Below, in pieces: positions 26,537 to 35,520 of a stretch of DNA of 51,601 nt. Within the stretch, counting starts at the first letter, position 1, and every line of letters begins with the position of its first letter. Position numbers and translations under genes: made by a program. Source of the stretch: Candidatus Nanohaloarchaea archaeon. Its GTDB lineage: Archaea; Nanohalarchaeota; Nanosalinia; Nanosalinales; Nanosalinaceae. Below the pieces are notes generated by a model, which saw only the letters and a list, made by a program, of their open reading frames with translations, made no database searches and was not told where the DNA came from. The stretch lies in the NCBI GenBank assembly GCA_042218075.1, contig JBDGRK010000027.1:1-51601 (forward strand). Direction: 5' to 3'.

Positions 26537-26770
26537 TTACCGGAACTCTTCTTTCACTTCTTTCAGGCTATGGTTCTTGCCTTTTTCTGGATCATTTCCC
26601 TGCTCCATCAACCTTCTCAATTCATCCGGATAGAGCTGTGTTTCTTCCTTTATCTTCTCTCTCACAGCCTGACGGATGTATTCTGAACTATTCATGTACC
26701 CTTCTTCCTCCGTTCTTTCCTCTATCTGTCTCTTCAAACTGTCAGGTAGTTTTACTGAAACTGAAGCCAT
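26537..26770 (-). CDS. Ribbon-helix-helix antitoxin
   Basis: VSVKLPDSLKRQIE...GYMNSSEYIRQAVRE RHH pattern; directly upstream of the toxin. Confidence 0.88.
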   Translation of the reverse strand: MASVSVKLPDSLKRQIEERTEEEGYMNSSEYIRQAVREKIKEETQLYPDELRRLMEQGNDPEKGKNHSLKEVKEEFR

Positions 26771-26861
26771 TTGAGTATCACCTTAGTAATCTATGGCGGT
26801 ACAAAGGTATTAAATCTAACGGTCTGGTTACCGGCCAGAGATATTGAGAATAAAATTTGGA

Positions 26862-29090
26862 TCAGAGAGAGGTATTCTTTCCGTTACTTCCCACGTAATC
26901 CAGGAAGCTCCTGTACACTTTATCCGACTCCAGTGTGTCAGAATCCCCTATCACTACCAGCTTTCTCTTGGCTCTGGTCAGTGCGACGTTCAGCCTTCTA
27001 TAATCCTTCAGGAAGCCGATCTCTCCCCTGTCGTTGCTCCTCACCAGCGAGATGAAAACTGCCTCCTTTTCCCTTCCCTGGAAGCCGTCAACCGTCTTCA
27101 CCTCTAGGTCTTCCCTGTCAAGCTTCTTTCCAAGAAGATCGACCTGGTCGTCGTAGGGAGAGATAACTGCGATCTCCTCTTCTTCCAGTCCTGCCTCGAT
27201 CGCTTTCTCCACCATCTGCTTCATAATCTCCGCTTCCCTCCTGTTTTCCTTTGAGGTGGAGCCGGGAGGAGTTCTCTCCCCTGCGTCTATCTCTGCGGTA
27301 TCCACGAACACCACAGGCTCTTCCGGATCCAGAGTTTCACTCCTGTCCTCAATCTTTGAGGTGTCAAATTCAAGATCGGATAGAGTGTGTCGCCTGACAG
27401 ATTCGTGGGCCTCGAGCTTCCCTTCGTAGAACTCCTCGCTAGAGAATTCCATGATTCTCTCGTGCATCCTGTACTGTTTCCTGAGAAGAGACTTTATCTC
27501 CGGGTGTTTCTCGGCTAGCCTCTCGAAAAGCGTGTGCTCAAGCCCTTCCGCGTCCAGGTTCTTCACGGTCGGAGGGAGCTGTCTGTGGTCTCCTGCCATA
27601 ATCACCTCTCTTCCATAAGTGATCGGTATCAGGCAGGAAGGCTCTGTTGACTGTGTTGCTTCGTCTATCACCACGACGTCGAACTCCTTACCCTCCATCA
27701 GCTCGGATCCCGAAGTCGAATTTGTAGCGCACACGACTTCCATCGATTCGATTATCTCCTCGACCGCCTCGTCTTCAAGCCGATCCGACTTCTCAAACAG
27801 CTCATCGATCTCATCCTGCAGCTCCAGCCATTCCCCCATCTCCTCTATCTTCTCCTGAGGTACTCCTCTTGAGCCTTTTCCCTGCTCCGCCAGCTCTTTG
27901 ATCCTCTCATCACTCATGCCCCTCCTCCACCTTCCGCTCGGATGAGTCAGATCCTCCTGTCTATCCTTCAGCTCGAACGCTTTTTCCCTAATCTCTCTCG
28001 ACTCCTGGTACTTCTCGTTCTTCTCTACAAGAGCGTCGAGCGTGTTCTGCCTCAGCTTCGGCGCAACTCTCGCGGGATGTCCGACCCTCACAGCGTCGAC
28101 GCCCTGCTCAAGCAGAAACTCCAGCATATTGTCAACCGCCGCTTTAGAATCCGCGGTAGCCAGCACAGTCTTTCCCTCGTCTATATACTGCCTGATGACT
28201 TCTATAGCGGTCGTTGTCTTTCCGGTTCCGGGAGGTCCGTGGATCAGGTGGAAGTCCTCCGCTCCGAGAGCTTTTTCCACTGCTTTTTTCTGCGATTGAT
28301 TCAGCTTTTCATCCCTCCACTTCTTCACTTTTTTTCTATCAGGTTCAGGCTCTTTCTCTCCGATTATCACATCCCTGAGCTCTGCCTTTTCTCCTTCTAG
28401 TTCTCTCATCTTTTCCAGCGCCTCCTTCATCCTCTGGTAAGTAATATCGTTTACGTAGAGATCCATTCTCAGGCCTTTCGCCCTGTAGACGAAGCCCTGT
28501 GGTCTCTCATCGAACGCGACGGTAATAGAGTAGTTTGTCTTCTCTATGACTGTTCCTGTGGGATTATCGTCTCTCAGCGGATCTTTCTTCGAGATCATCA
28601 CGAGGTCTCCGACTCCAATCTCTGTCTCGGGAAGCTCCTCACCCTTCCTGTTCCTCATGAACTTTATCCTGTGACCTTCGATTCCCTCTCCCTCGTCTCT
28701 GGTCCTGAGATGCAGGAGGGCTCTTCCCTTCTGCTCTCTTTCCCTGCCGGAGAGGTTCTGTATCTCCTGCTCGTGCTGTCTCATCTCCTCTCTCCGCTCC
28801 ATCTCAACCAGCTCTTTATACTCGTTTATGTAGCTCTCCAGCGAGTCCATCTTCTCAGCTTTCTCGCCCTCGAGCTTCTCCACCTCGACCTCTGATCTTC
28901 CGATCTTTCCACCGTCCAGCTCTGAGATTATCTCTCCGATCGCCTCTTCCTCTACTTCAACCTCTGCAGTGCTTCCCCTGATATCGATCTCCCCGAGAAC
29001 TTCAGGACCGTGAGATGTCTCGCCCGCGACCGCTCCGACAATGTCTCCCGGTCCTTCCTCCTCCAGGTTTTTGATAAGCAGCTTCCGCAT
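26862..29090 (-). CDS. SF1 Upf1/IGHMBP2-like helicase with an N-terminal DbpA-type RNA-binding domain
   Basis: [56 protein letters not shown]; N-terminal [11 protein letters not shown]...GEIDI...EVEV. Confidence 0.93.
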   Translation of the reverse strand: MRKLLIKNLEEEGPGDIVGAVAGETSHGPEVLGEIDIRGSTAEVEVEEEAIGEIISELDGGKIGRSEVEVEKLEGEKAEKMDSLESYINEYKELVEMERREEMRQHEQEIQNLSGREREQKGRALLHLRTRDEGEGIEGHRIKFMRNRKGEELPETEIGVGDLVMISKKDPLRDDNPTGTVIEKTNYSITVAFDERPQGFVYRAKGLRMDLYVNDITYQRMKEALEKMRELEGEKAELRDVIIGEKEPEPDRKKVKKWRDEKLNQSQKKAVEKALGAEDFHLIHGPPGTGKTTTAIEVIRQYIDEGKTVLATADSKAAVDNMLEFLLEQGVDAVRVGHPARVAPKLRQNTLDALVEKNEKYQESREIREKAFELKDRQEDLTHPSGRWRRGMSDERIKELAEQGKGSRGVPQEKIEEMGEWLELQDEIDELFEKSDRLEDEAVEEIIESMEVVCATNSTSGSELMEGKEFDVVVIDEATQSTEPSCLIPITYGREVIMAGDHRQLPPTVKNLDAEGLEHTLFERLAEKHPEIKSLLRKQYRMHERIMEFSSEEFYEGKLEAHESVRRHTLSDLEFDTSKIEDRSETLDPEEPVVFVDTAEIDAGERTPPGSTSKENRREAEIMKQMVEKAIEAGLEEEEIAVISPYDDQVDLLGKKLDREDLEVKTVDGFQGREKEAVFISLVRSNDRGEIGFLKDYRRLNVALTRAKRKLVVIGDSDTLESDKVYRSFLDYVGSNGKNTSL

Positions 29091-29134
29091 ATCGATCCGG
29101 TGAAGTCTTAATCTTTAAATCCTAAATCTCAGCC

Positions 29135-29356
29135 ATGGAGAAGTTTGTTATTCTGGGTCTGGCTATGATATTGATCGGCTTAATTTTGATCGTGGCAGGC
29201 AGTGTTATGTCCGAAGGCTCGAATGTTGAAGCCGGCGGCGTCATCTTCTTAGGGCCGATACCGATACCTTTCGGAAACATGAAGATGGCTCTGGCGGGTA
29301 CTCTTCTAGCAATTGTGGCTCTAATAGTTTTCTATCTTTTAGGGGGAGTACGTTAG
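29135..29356 (+). CDS. DUF131/TIGR00304-type small membrane protein
   Basis: Two TMs around GGVIFLGPIPIPFG. Confidence 0.85.
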   Translation: MEKFVILGLAMILIGLILIVAGSVMSEGSNVEAGGVIFLGPIPIPFGNMKMALAGTLLAIVALIVFYLLGGVR

Positions 29357-29889
29357 TCCGCCGTTCCGTGGTATGCGTTCTCCTTCTTCCATCCCGGTTC
29401 GTACTCGTAGTCGATACCGGATTCTCTTATCTTGTCCTCCAGCCCTGAGATCTTTTCCCTCGCGCAGTCCGACACGAGATACCGCCACTCCTCCCCCGAT
29501 CTCATTCTTCTCCTTACCTCGGTACCGGAAAAAATGTCGTGGCTGTATAGCTCGTGATCCTCCAGTTTGAGTTCTTTGTCTTCCCTGACAAGTTTCTTCA
29601 CCAGGTCGTTCTGTGATATCACCACGTCTGCGCCAGATTTCCTCTTCAGCTCTTCGATCCACTCACTGTCGCTCTCCCTGTCCTCTATCCCCAGGATCTC
29701 CAGTTCAGGGTAGCACTCCTCTATAATACTCTTTCTCTCTTCGAAGCTGAGAGGGTTTTCCTCTTCTCTCCTCTTTCCGGAACTTCCTATCACGATGCAG
29801 AATTCTTCGAATTCGTTCCGGTACTCTTCCACTACTTTCCTGTGACCTTCGTGGAAAGGCTGGAATCTCCCGATGAAAGCTGCCTTCAT
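29353..29889 (-). CDS. nadM: Nicotinamide-nucleotide adenylyltransferase (NadM-like)
   Basis: FIGRFQPFHEGH, IGSS...NPLSFEER, SGTEVRRRM...WRYLV. Confidence 0.9.
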   Translation of the reverse strand: MKAAFIGRFQPFHEGHRKVVEEYRNEFEEFCIVIGSSGKRREEENPLSFEERKSIIEECYPELEILGIEDRESDSEWIEELKRKSGADVVISQNDLVKKLVREDKELKLEDHELYSHDIFSGTEVRRRMRSGEEWRYLVSDCAREKISGLEDKIRESGIDYEYEPGWKKENAYHGTAD

Positions 29890-30185
29890 TTTCTACCCTC
29901 TATCATTTTTTCTGGATATCCGTCCCTTGAATCCCGATCGAATACTGCAATTATAACGATTTTACCATCATATACGTTGAATACGACTCTGTGGTTGACT
30001 GCTTTATCTCGATCAACTATTTTCAGCCTGTAGACAGGATCGCCCTTCAGCCATATCAGCTCTGAGTTTTCGTGGTCCAGGCCTTTCTCCTCGAGTTCAA
30101 CTATATTCTCCCAGAGAATCTCTCTTGTTTCAGGTTCAAACTTCCTGATGTCGCTGATTGCCTCTGGCAGAGGTTCAACATCCAT
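29886..30185 (-). CDS. relE: RelE/ParE-family toxin
   Basis: PEAISDIRKF, VYRLKI...NHRVVFNV...IIAVFDR; paralog of 26228..26533. Confidence 0.8.
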   Translation of the reverse strand: MDVEPLPEAISDIRKFEPETREILWENIVELEEKGLDHENSELIWLKGDPVYRLKIVDRDKAVNHRVVFNVYDGKIVIIAVFDRDSRDGYPEKMIEGRK

Positions 30186-30431
30186 CTATTCTATCCCCAG
30201 CTTCTTCCTTGCTTCATCCTTTGAAACAGGCTCTGTCTCTCCTTCTTCCAGTTTTCTCTTTCTCTCCGCCACAACTTCCTTCTCTCGCGGACTCAGTTCT
30301 GAATCCGCTTCTATCCTCTCCCTCAGAGCGTCTCTTATATACTCCGAGGTGTTGGTGTACAGATTTTCCTCCGCCAGCCTCTCCAGCTTCTTTTTCATCA
30401 GGTCGGGGACGTCAACTGAAACCTTTGCCAT
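30186..30431 (-). CDS. Ribbon-helix-helix antitoxin
   Basis: VSVDVPDLMKKKLE...YTNTSEYIRDALRE; C-terminal VSKDEARKKLGI. Confidence 0.88.
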   Translation of the reverse strand: MAKVSVDVPDLMKKKLERLAEENLYTNTSEYIRDALRERIEADSELSPREKEVVAERKRKLEEGETEPVSKDEARKKLGIE

Positions 30432-30474
30432 AATATAATTGTATATTTTTGAATACCAAGTTAATAAATTTTCC

Positions 30475-31104
30475 CTATCCGAAGAGCCGGTCTCCTGCCT
30501 CTATGACATCGGATCGCTCCAGCCCTGGGAAATCCTCAAGGTCATGCTCCTCCAGAAGCTTCTGCCCGATAAGGTAGGCCGCAGAGTATCCAATCCACCT
30601 TGGGAAACTCTCGCCTCCCATGAAAAGCTGATGTTCGTACCAGCCTCCTATCTCTTCCCCCAGGACTTCTTTCACATCGCTCCAGTACTCGCCTACTTCC
30701 TCTCTGGAGAATCTCTGCCTCATGGGGGATTCGATGCCCGGGTATATTTTCTCCGAGAAGTTCTGGGTCAGAGCTTCCTCCAGCAGCCACTGCCAGAGGA
30801 ATTCTGCCTTAGGCTTCTCTTCGTAAAAGTAGGCGTGGGCGTACTCGTGCGCTATAGTCCTCTTCAGCGCGTCCTCCCAGCCCTCGGCTTCCGGGCAGAA
30901 GCTCGCGGTTACAGTTGTTGGCGAGTAAGTTCTTCCCTGTGATCCATTCATTTTCTCCCTGACCGACTCTCTGCCGTCACCTGCGAGAAAAACCTCTACA
31001 TCCTGCTCCTTTTCCAGGACGGTCTTTGAGCTTTCAAGTGCCTCCTTCGCGGCTCTCCTCGCCCTCTCAAGTTCGTGTTTTTCAGGCTTTATTGTGTATT
31101 CCAT
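30475..31104 (-). CDS. DUF2268-like Zn-dependent protease
   Basis: TIAHEYAH zinc motif, downstream EEAL, PRWIGYSAAY. Confidence 0.8.
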   Translation of the reverse strand: MEYTIKPEKHELERARRAAKEALESSKTVLEKEQDVEVFLAGDGRESVREKMNGSQGRTYSPTTVTASFCPEAEGWEDALKRTIAHEYAHAYFYEEKPKAEFLWQWLLEEALTQNFSEKIYPGIESPMRQRFSREEVGEYWSDVKEVLGEEIGGWYEHQLFMGGESFPRWIGYSAAYLIGQKLLEEHDLEDFPGLERSDVIEAGDRLFG

Positions 31105-31140
31105 GAAAGGGATTTCATCTGCAACTATTAACTGGCTTTT

Positions 31141-31638
31141 CTAAACTATCAGTAACCCCACTGCAATACCTATCAGAGAACCTGTAATGACATCGGATAG
31201 GTAGTGGTCCTCCAGGTAGATCCTGGAGAATGCCACCGTGGCAGCGAGACTGATAAATACTGTTTCACGACCGTAGAGATCGGATAGTAGAATCGCCGAG
31301 GTGAAGGCGGTGGCTGAATGACCGGATGGAAATGAGGTCCTTCCGATTAAATGACCTATATGATTCTCGGGCCTCTCCCTCTTTACAAGGTGTTTGAGGC
31401 TGTATACCGGCATCCAGGCCGCGAGGTAACTGATACCCAGGAGTCTTGCAGCATCTGTGTGACCGAATCTCCAGAGAAACACCAAAATCAGCAGGCTGAA
31501 GTATATGGATCCGAGAGAGGTCAGCGATTCCATCGCCTGTATGCCAAGGGGAAATCTCTTCTTGCTTATCTTCCTGTCGAGACTCTCGTCTATCTTCCTG
31601 ATAGTATCTACTGTTCTTCCTAACACTTGATAGAACAC
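31141..31638 (-). CDS. PAP2-family membrane phosphatase
   Basis: KHLVKRERP, SFPSGH, SRIYLEDHYLSDV; exact start uncertain. Confidence 0.92.
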   Translation of the reverse strand: MFYQVLGRTVDTIRKIDESLDRKISKKRFPLGIQAMESLTSLGSIYFSLLILVFLWRFGHTDAARLLGISYLAAWMPVYSLKHLVKRERPENHIGHLIGRTSFPSGHSATAFTSAILLSDLYGRETVFISLAATVAFSRIYLEDHYLSDVITGSLIGIAVGLLIV

Positions 31639-32168
31639 CCCTGCGAGGGATGAATCTCTTCCGGAGGTTCGCGCCTTTTCAGCATATCTTCGATTATAGA
31701 TTTCATCTCCCTTTCCTCGACTTCCTGGTCCGGACTCATTTTATCGTTCAGTCTTCCGTGGTAGTGGAGGCGATGTCTCCAGTCCAGCAGGAAGGGATCG
31801 GGTGTGCATTTAGCCCTGTATTCCTCCGCAACTTCCTGTTTATCGTCGACGAGGTAGTAGAAGTTTGAGTTCTCCAGCCGGTTTTCCTGGACGAACTCTT
31901 CCATTTTATCGACTGAGTCCCCGGGATGTGTCTCCGCGTTGGGATTGATTCCAACTATCGCAAGGCTGGGAAATTCCTGGCTTAGCTTCCTTAGCTCTTC
32001 TGTCTGTGCCTTCACGTAGGGGCAGTGGTTGCATATGAACACTACGAGGACGCCATCGTAGTTGTCGAGGTCGGAAAGAGCGACCTTTTCTCCAGTGTAG
32101 TCTTCGAGCTCGAATCCCGGAGCTGTTTCCCCAACTTCCAGATCTGAATCCGATTTCTTGAGTGCCAT
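31620..32168 (-). CDS. Thioredoxin-fold AhpC/TSA-family protein
   Basis: APGFEL, FICNHCPYV, QEVAEEYRAKCTPDPF, YHGRLND, SQGCSIK. Confidence 0.92.
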   Translation of the reverse strand: MALKKSDSDLEVGETAPGFELEDYTGEKVALSDLDNYDGVLVVFICNHCPYVKAQTEELRKLSQEFPSLAIVGINPNAETHPGDSVDKMEEFVQENRLENSNFYYLVDDKQEVAEEYRAKCTPDPFLLDWRHRLHYHGRLNDKMSPDQEVEEREMKSIIEDMLKRREPPEEIHPSQGCSIKC

Positions 32169-32243
32169 GTAAGGGTTTTCTGGTGCAGCTTTAACTTTTT
32201 TCAGCTGAAATGTTTATGACTGTTGCGGGGTAAAATTTTTCCC

Positions 32244-32525
32244 ATGGATTTTCTCGATTATGATGAAAGGTACTGGAATCTGAGGGAGAGGGACAGTGAG
32301 AAGGCTGATAAGCTTGAAGCATTAGTTGAGGCGAGAAAAGATATTTTGGATATGATGGATTACAGGCCTGATTACTGTGAGATTAAGGTTTTCAAGATGC
32401 TGGGCGACCTGTAGCTTGGAGGTGATTTTTCTGGTGAGGATCGCGGGGATATCCGCCAGGTATTTCAGGTGGCCAGCCAGTTCTTTGAGGGTGTAAGACT
32501 GGAGGACGAGGGATGGCTGGTTTAG
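32244..32525 (+). pseudogene. Hypothetical gene interrupted by an in-frame TAG at 32412-32414
   Basis: MDFLDYDERYW...MLGDL* continues in frame as LGGDFSGEDRGDIRQVFQVASQFFEGVRLEDEGWLV* to 32525. Confidence 0.5.
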
Positions 32526-32564
32526 TCGGGAAGTTTGTTTAAATATTCAGAATTAGAGAATCTT

Positions 32565-32777
32565 ATGGAGGACGAGGACGTCTGGAAGGGAGCGAAGACC
32601 GCGGCGAAGCTGGTAGGCGGAGTTATGCTTGCGTTTTCAGGTCTCGTCCTGCTAGACTTCTATGGTATTATAGATACAGGTTTGAAGCTCGATCCCCAGC
32701 TCTTGATCTTTACACTCGGCGCATTCATGGCTGCAGGCCTCGCATCTTACATGATAGATAGGATTGAATGGATATAG
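32565..32777 (+). CDS. Small 2-TM membrane protein
   Basis: ATG at 32565, about 25 nt after TTTAAATA; two hydrophobic segments. Confidence 0.72.
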   Translation: MEDEDVWKGAKTAAKLVGGVMLAFSGLVLLDFYGIIDTGLKLDPQLLIFTLGAFMAAGLASYMIDRIEWI

Positions 32778-33044
32778 ATTATAGTGGTGTCTGCCTCTCC
32801 TGAAGGCTTCAACTATCCAAACTTTATCATCATCTATAAAATACTCAAAACGATGGTCGCCAACTCTAAGCCTGTACATTTCCCGGTCCTTGCCTTTCAG
32901 CTTCTTTATATCGCACCTGGGTCCAGATCTGTAAGTGTCCTCTCCGAGCTTCTCGAGCGATTCCTCGCATCTTTCCGTATCGGAAGCCTGAAGCTCGTCA
33001 AGGTATTGCCTGACATCAGGGTGAAGCCTGACCTCCATACTCAT
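32652..33044 (-). CDS. relE: RelE-family toxin (C-terminus extended into the convergent gene)
   Basis: DIKKLKG...MYRLRVGDHRFEY...VWIVEAFRRG. Confidence 0.9.
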   Translation of the reverse strand: MSMEVRLHPDVRQYLDELQASDTERCEESLEKLGEDTYRSGPRCDIKKLKGKDREMYRLRVGDHRFEYFIDDDKVWIVEAFRRGRHHYNLYPFNPIYHVRCEACSHECAECKDQELGIELQTCIYNTIEV

Positions 33045-33211
33045 TCACTTAGTTTCTCGAAGTCTCCACGGTCTTTTTCTAGCTTCCGGTACCTGCTCTC
33101 GATATACTGGTCTAGAAGTCTCTTCACTATATCGTCATAGCTGTCACCCTTTTCACCCATTTTTTTCAACCGGTCGCGTGTCTCCTCACTGACTGAAATT
33201 GTGGTTGCCAT
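33041..33211 (-). CDS. Antitoxin, 56 aa (not in the ORF track)
   Basis: MATTISVSEETRDRLKKMGEKGDSYDDIVKRLLDQYIESRYRKLEKDRGDFEKLSE*; ATGA overlap with relE; repeated TTATA motifs upstream. Confidence 0.88.
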   Translation of the reverse strand: MATTISVSEETRDRLKKMGEKGDSYDDIVKRLLDQYIESRYRKLEKDRGDFEKLSE

Positions 33212-33300
33212 AGATGTTATAGAATTTATAAGAATTATAATAGTTATGGATTTACTATCCTATCGACAGCTCTTTAAATCTCATCGTAATATGCTGTAAT

Positions 33301-34122
33301 ATGAAAGACATTGAAGACTCCCCGATCACCCGTAACGGAAACTCTCTCATTCTCGCGTACGACCACGGTACTGAACACGGTCCCGTGGATTTCGAGCCGA
33401 TGCCGAAGAGTGCTGACCCCACTCATGTGTTCGAGGTGGCGAAACACGATGCGGTGACCGCTATCGCCCTGCAGAGGGGAAACGCTGAGTACTACAGGAA
33501 GTGGCAGCGGGAGACCGGGAATCGTGACTCTGCTCCCCTTCTCGTGAAGCTGAACGGAAACTCCAATCTGGCATGGAGAGAGGACTACTACAGCCCGAAA
33601 CAGTGTACTGTGGAGTACGCGGTGGAGGAGCTTGATGCTGATGCGATCGGATACACGATGTACGCTGGAAGTGTCAATGAAGACAAAATGTGGGAGGACT
33701 TCAGGGAAGTTCAGGAAGAGGCAAGGAATTATGGTATTCCTGTTGTGATGTGGAGCTATCCGAGAGGAAAAGGTATTCAGGAGAACCCTGACTACTCCGG
33801 CCAGAAGGATGCTGATGTGATCGCCTATGGCGCGAGACTTGGACTTGAGCTTGGGGCTGACATGGTGAAGTGCAAGTATCCGGGATCGAGGGAGGAATGG
33901 AACCAGCTCGAGAAACAGGTTGCTGAACTGAAAACGGTTATGAGCGGCGGATCGAAGAGGAGCGATGAGGCCTTCCTTGAAGATGTCAGATCTACTGTAG
34001 AGGTCGGTGGAAACGGTCTAGCGGTTGGAAGAAACGTCTTCCAGCGCGAGAATCCCAAGGATCTGCTGGACAAGCTTGAACTCGTGATCTACGAGGGAAA
34101 ATCTGTAGAGGAAGTCTTATAG
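33301..34122 (+). CDS. fba: Class I (DhnA/archaeal-type) fructose-bisphosphate aldolase
   Basis: LAYDHGTEHGP, VKLNG, MWSYPRG, ELGADMVK (Schiff-base Lys), SGG, AVGRNVFQ; next to fbp. Confidence 0.93.
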   Translation: MKDIEDSPITRNGNSLILAYDHGTEHGPVDFEPMPKSADPTHVFEVAKHDAVTAIALQRGNAEYYRKWQRETGNRDSAPLLVKLNGNSNLAWREDYYSPKQCTVEYAVEELDADAIGYTMYAGSVNEDKMWEDFREVQEEARNYGIPVVMWSYPRGKGIQENPDYSGQKDADVIAYGARLGLELGADMVKCKYPGSREEWNQLEKQVAELKTVMSGGSKRSDEAFLEDVRSTVEVGGNGLAVGRNVFQRENPKDLLDKLELVIYEGKSVEEVL

Positions 34123-34131
34123 GTTATCAAA

Positions 34132-34989
34132 ATGGATCAGGAAGCTGTAATCGAGGAAGTCTTTGAAACTGTATGCGGGATAGCTCCCCACATTTCCTCC
34201 GGGCTTCTGCACAGGAGGGAGTACGTCGGGGAAGAGAACCCGTCAAATGAGAGGCAGATGGAGGCGGATGTCTGGGCCAACGAGTTCCTGAAGCAAGAGC
34301 TGACTTCTATAGATGGAGTTGGAGAGTTCGCCTCGGAAGAAGAGGAGAGAGTTTTAGACTGTGGAGAAGGTCTTTCCGTGACTGTGGATCCTCTTGACGG
34401 TAGCTCGAATATCCCGACTAACAACCTGGTCGGGACTATAGTTGGGATCTACGATGGAGATCTTCCCTGCAGCGGCGAGAATCTTGTATCGGCTTTCTAC
34501 GTGGTTTTCGGACCTTTGATTACTGTGATGAGAACTGAGGGCGATGAGGTGAACGAATATGTAATCGAGGAGAAGAAGGGAGATCAGGTTGAGGTACATC
34601 TTGCTTCGGAGTATATCGAGATTCCTGAGCCCTATACCTACGGCTTCGGAGGCAATAAAAACTGGAATGAGAGTTTCAGGGAATTGGAGGATGATTTCTC
34701 CAGGGAGTACAAGCTCAGGTACGGTGGAGCCCTTGTGGGGGATGTAAACCAGATGATACACCACGGAGGAATATTTGCGTATCCTTCAAGGACTGATGCG
34801 CCGGATGGAAAGCTCAGAATTCTTTTTGAATGCAATCCGATCTCATACATTGTTGAGAAGGCGGGCGGAGCTTCTTCCAACGGTGAGAAGTCAGTAATGG
34901 AAGTTGAGGTGGATGAAATCCACCAGAGGGTGCCTTTCTTTGTCGGCCACGAGGATGTGATTGAAAGAGTCGAGGAAAAGTTGGGTTGA
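34132..34989 (+). CDS. fbp: Class I fructose-1,6-bisphosphatase
   Basis: ASEEE, DPLDGSSNI, LRYGGALVGD, GGIFAYP, GKLRILFECNP, HQRVP. Confidence 0.95.
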   Translation: MDQEAVIEEVFETVCGIAPHISSGLLHRREYVGEENPSNERQMEADVWANEFLKQELTSIDGVGEFASEEEERVLDCGEGLSVTVDPLDGSSNIPTNNLVGTIVGIYDGDLPCSGENLVSAFYVVFGPLITVMRTEGDEVNEYVIEEKKGDQVEVHLASEYIEIPEPYTYGFGGNKNWNESFRELEDDFSREYKLRYGGALVGDVNQMIHHGGIFAYPSRTDAPDGKLRILFECNPISYIVEKAGGASSNGEKSVMEVEVDEIHQRVPFFVGHEDVIERVEEKLG

Positions 34990-35038
34990 AGGCTTTATCC
35001 GGGCGAAAATTTTTAAAAGAGTTTTCTAATCTTTATAC

Positions 35039-35473
35039 ATGGCTGAAGCAATCTCAGAAAATAAAAAGGATGTTGGGACAGAGCTGGAAACGGGAGATGT
35101 TACTGAAGCTCGACCAGAGAACTTGCTAGAGACTATAGAGTCTCAGTTTGATTCAATTTATATTCTCTCGGGCTCTGAAAGGTTTTTTGGTCGCAGGGAG
35201 GATGTAGAAGCTCTTGATTATCCTCATGAAGCTGATCTGGACGCCTCCCCGGATTCAGTTTTAATTGTCTATCCTGAGTACCTTGAGTCACTTGGAGGTG
35301 ATTTGACGCTTTATGGCAGAATGCTTGAGGATGATTTTGAGGGAATTGTGGTTCCTTCTCACTACAATGGCAGGGAAATCGTACCGCCTGAAAGGATGGA
35401 TATTGAAGATGGCTTCTACCCTTCAGAGCTGAGTTACAGAGACAGGGCTCTTCTCTACTCTCAGAATGACTGA
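35039..35473 (+). CDS. Acidic hypothetical protein
   Basis: 144 aa with halophile composition; TTTTTAAAA about 25 nt upstream. Confidence 0.7.
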   Translation: MAEAISENKKDVGTELETGDVTEARPENLLETIESQFDSIYILSGSERFFGRREDVEALDYPHEADLDASPDSVLIVYPEYLESLGGDLTLYGRMLEDDFEGIVVPSHYNGREIVPPERMDIEDGFYPSELSYRDRALLYSQND

Positions 35474-35520
35474 ATACAGGGGGGGAAATGTTTTTAAGCC
35501 AGTAGGGATTAAGATTTGCT

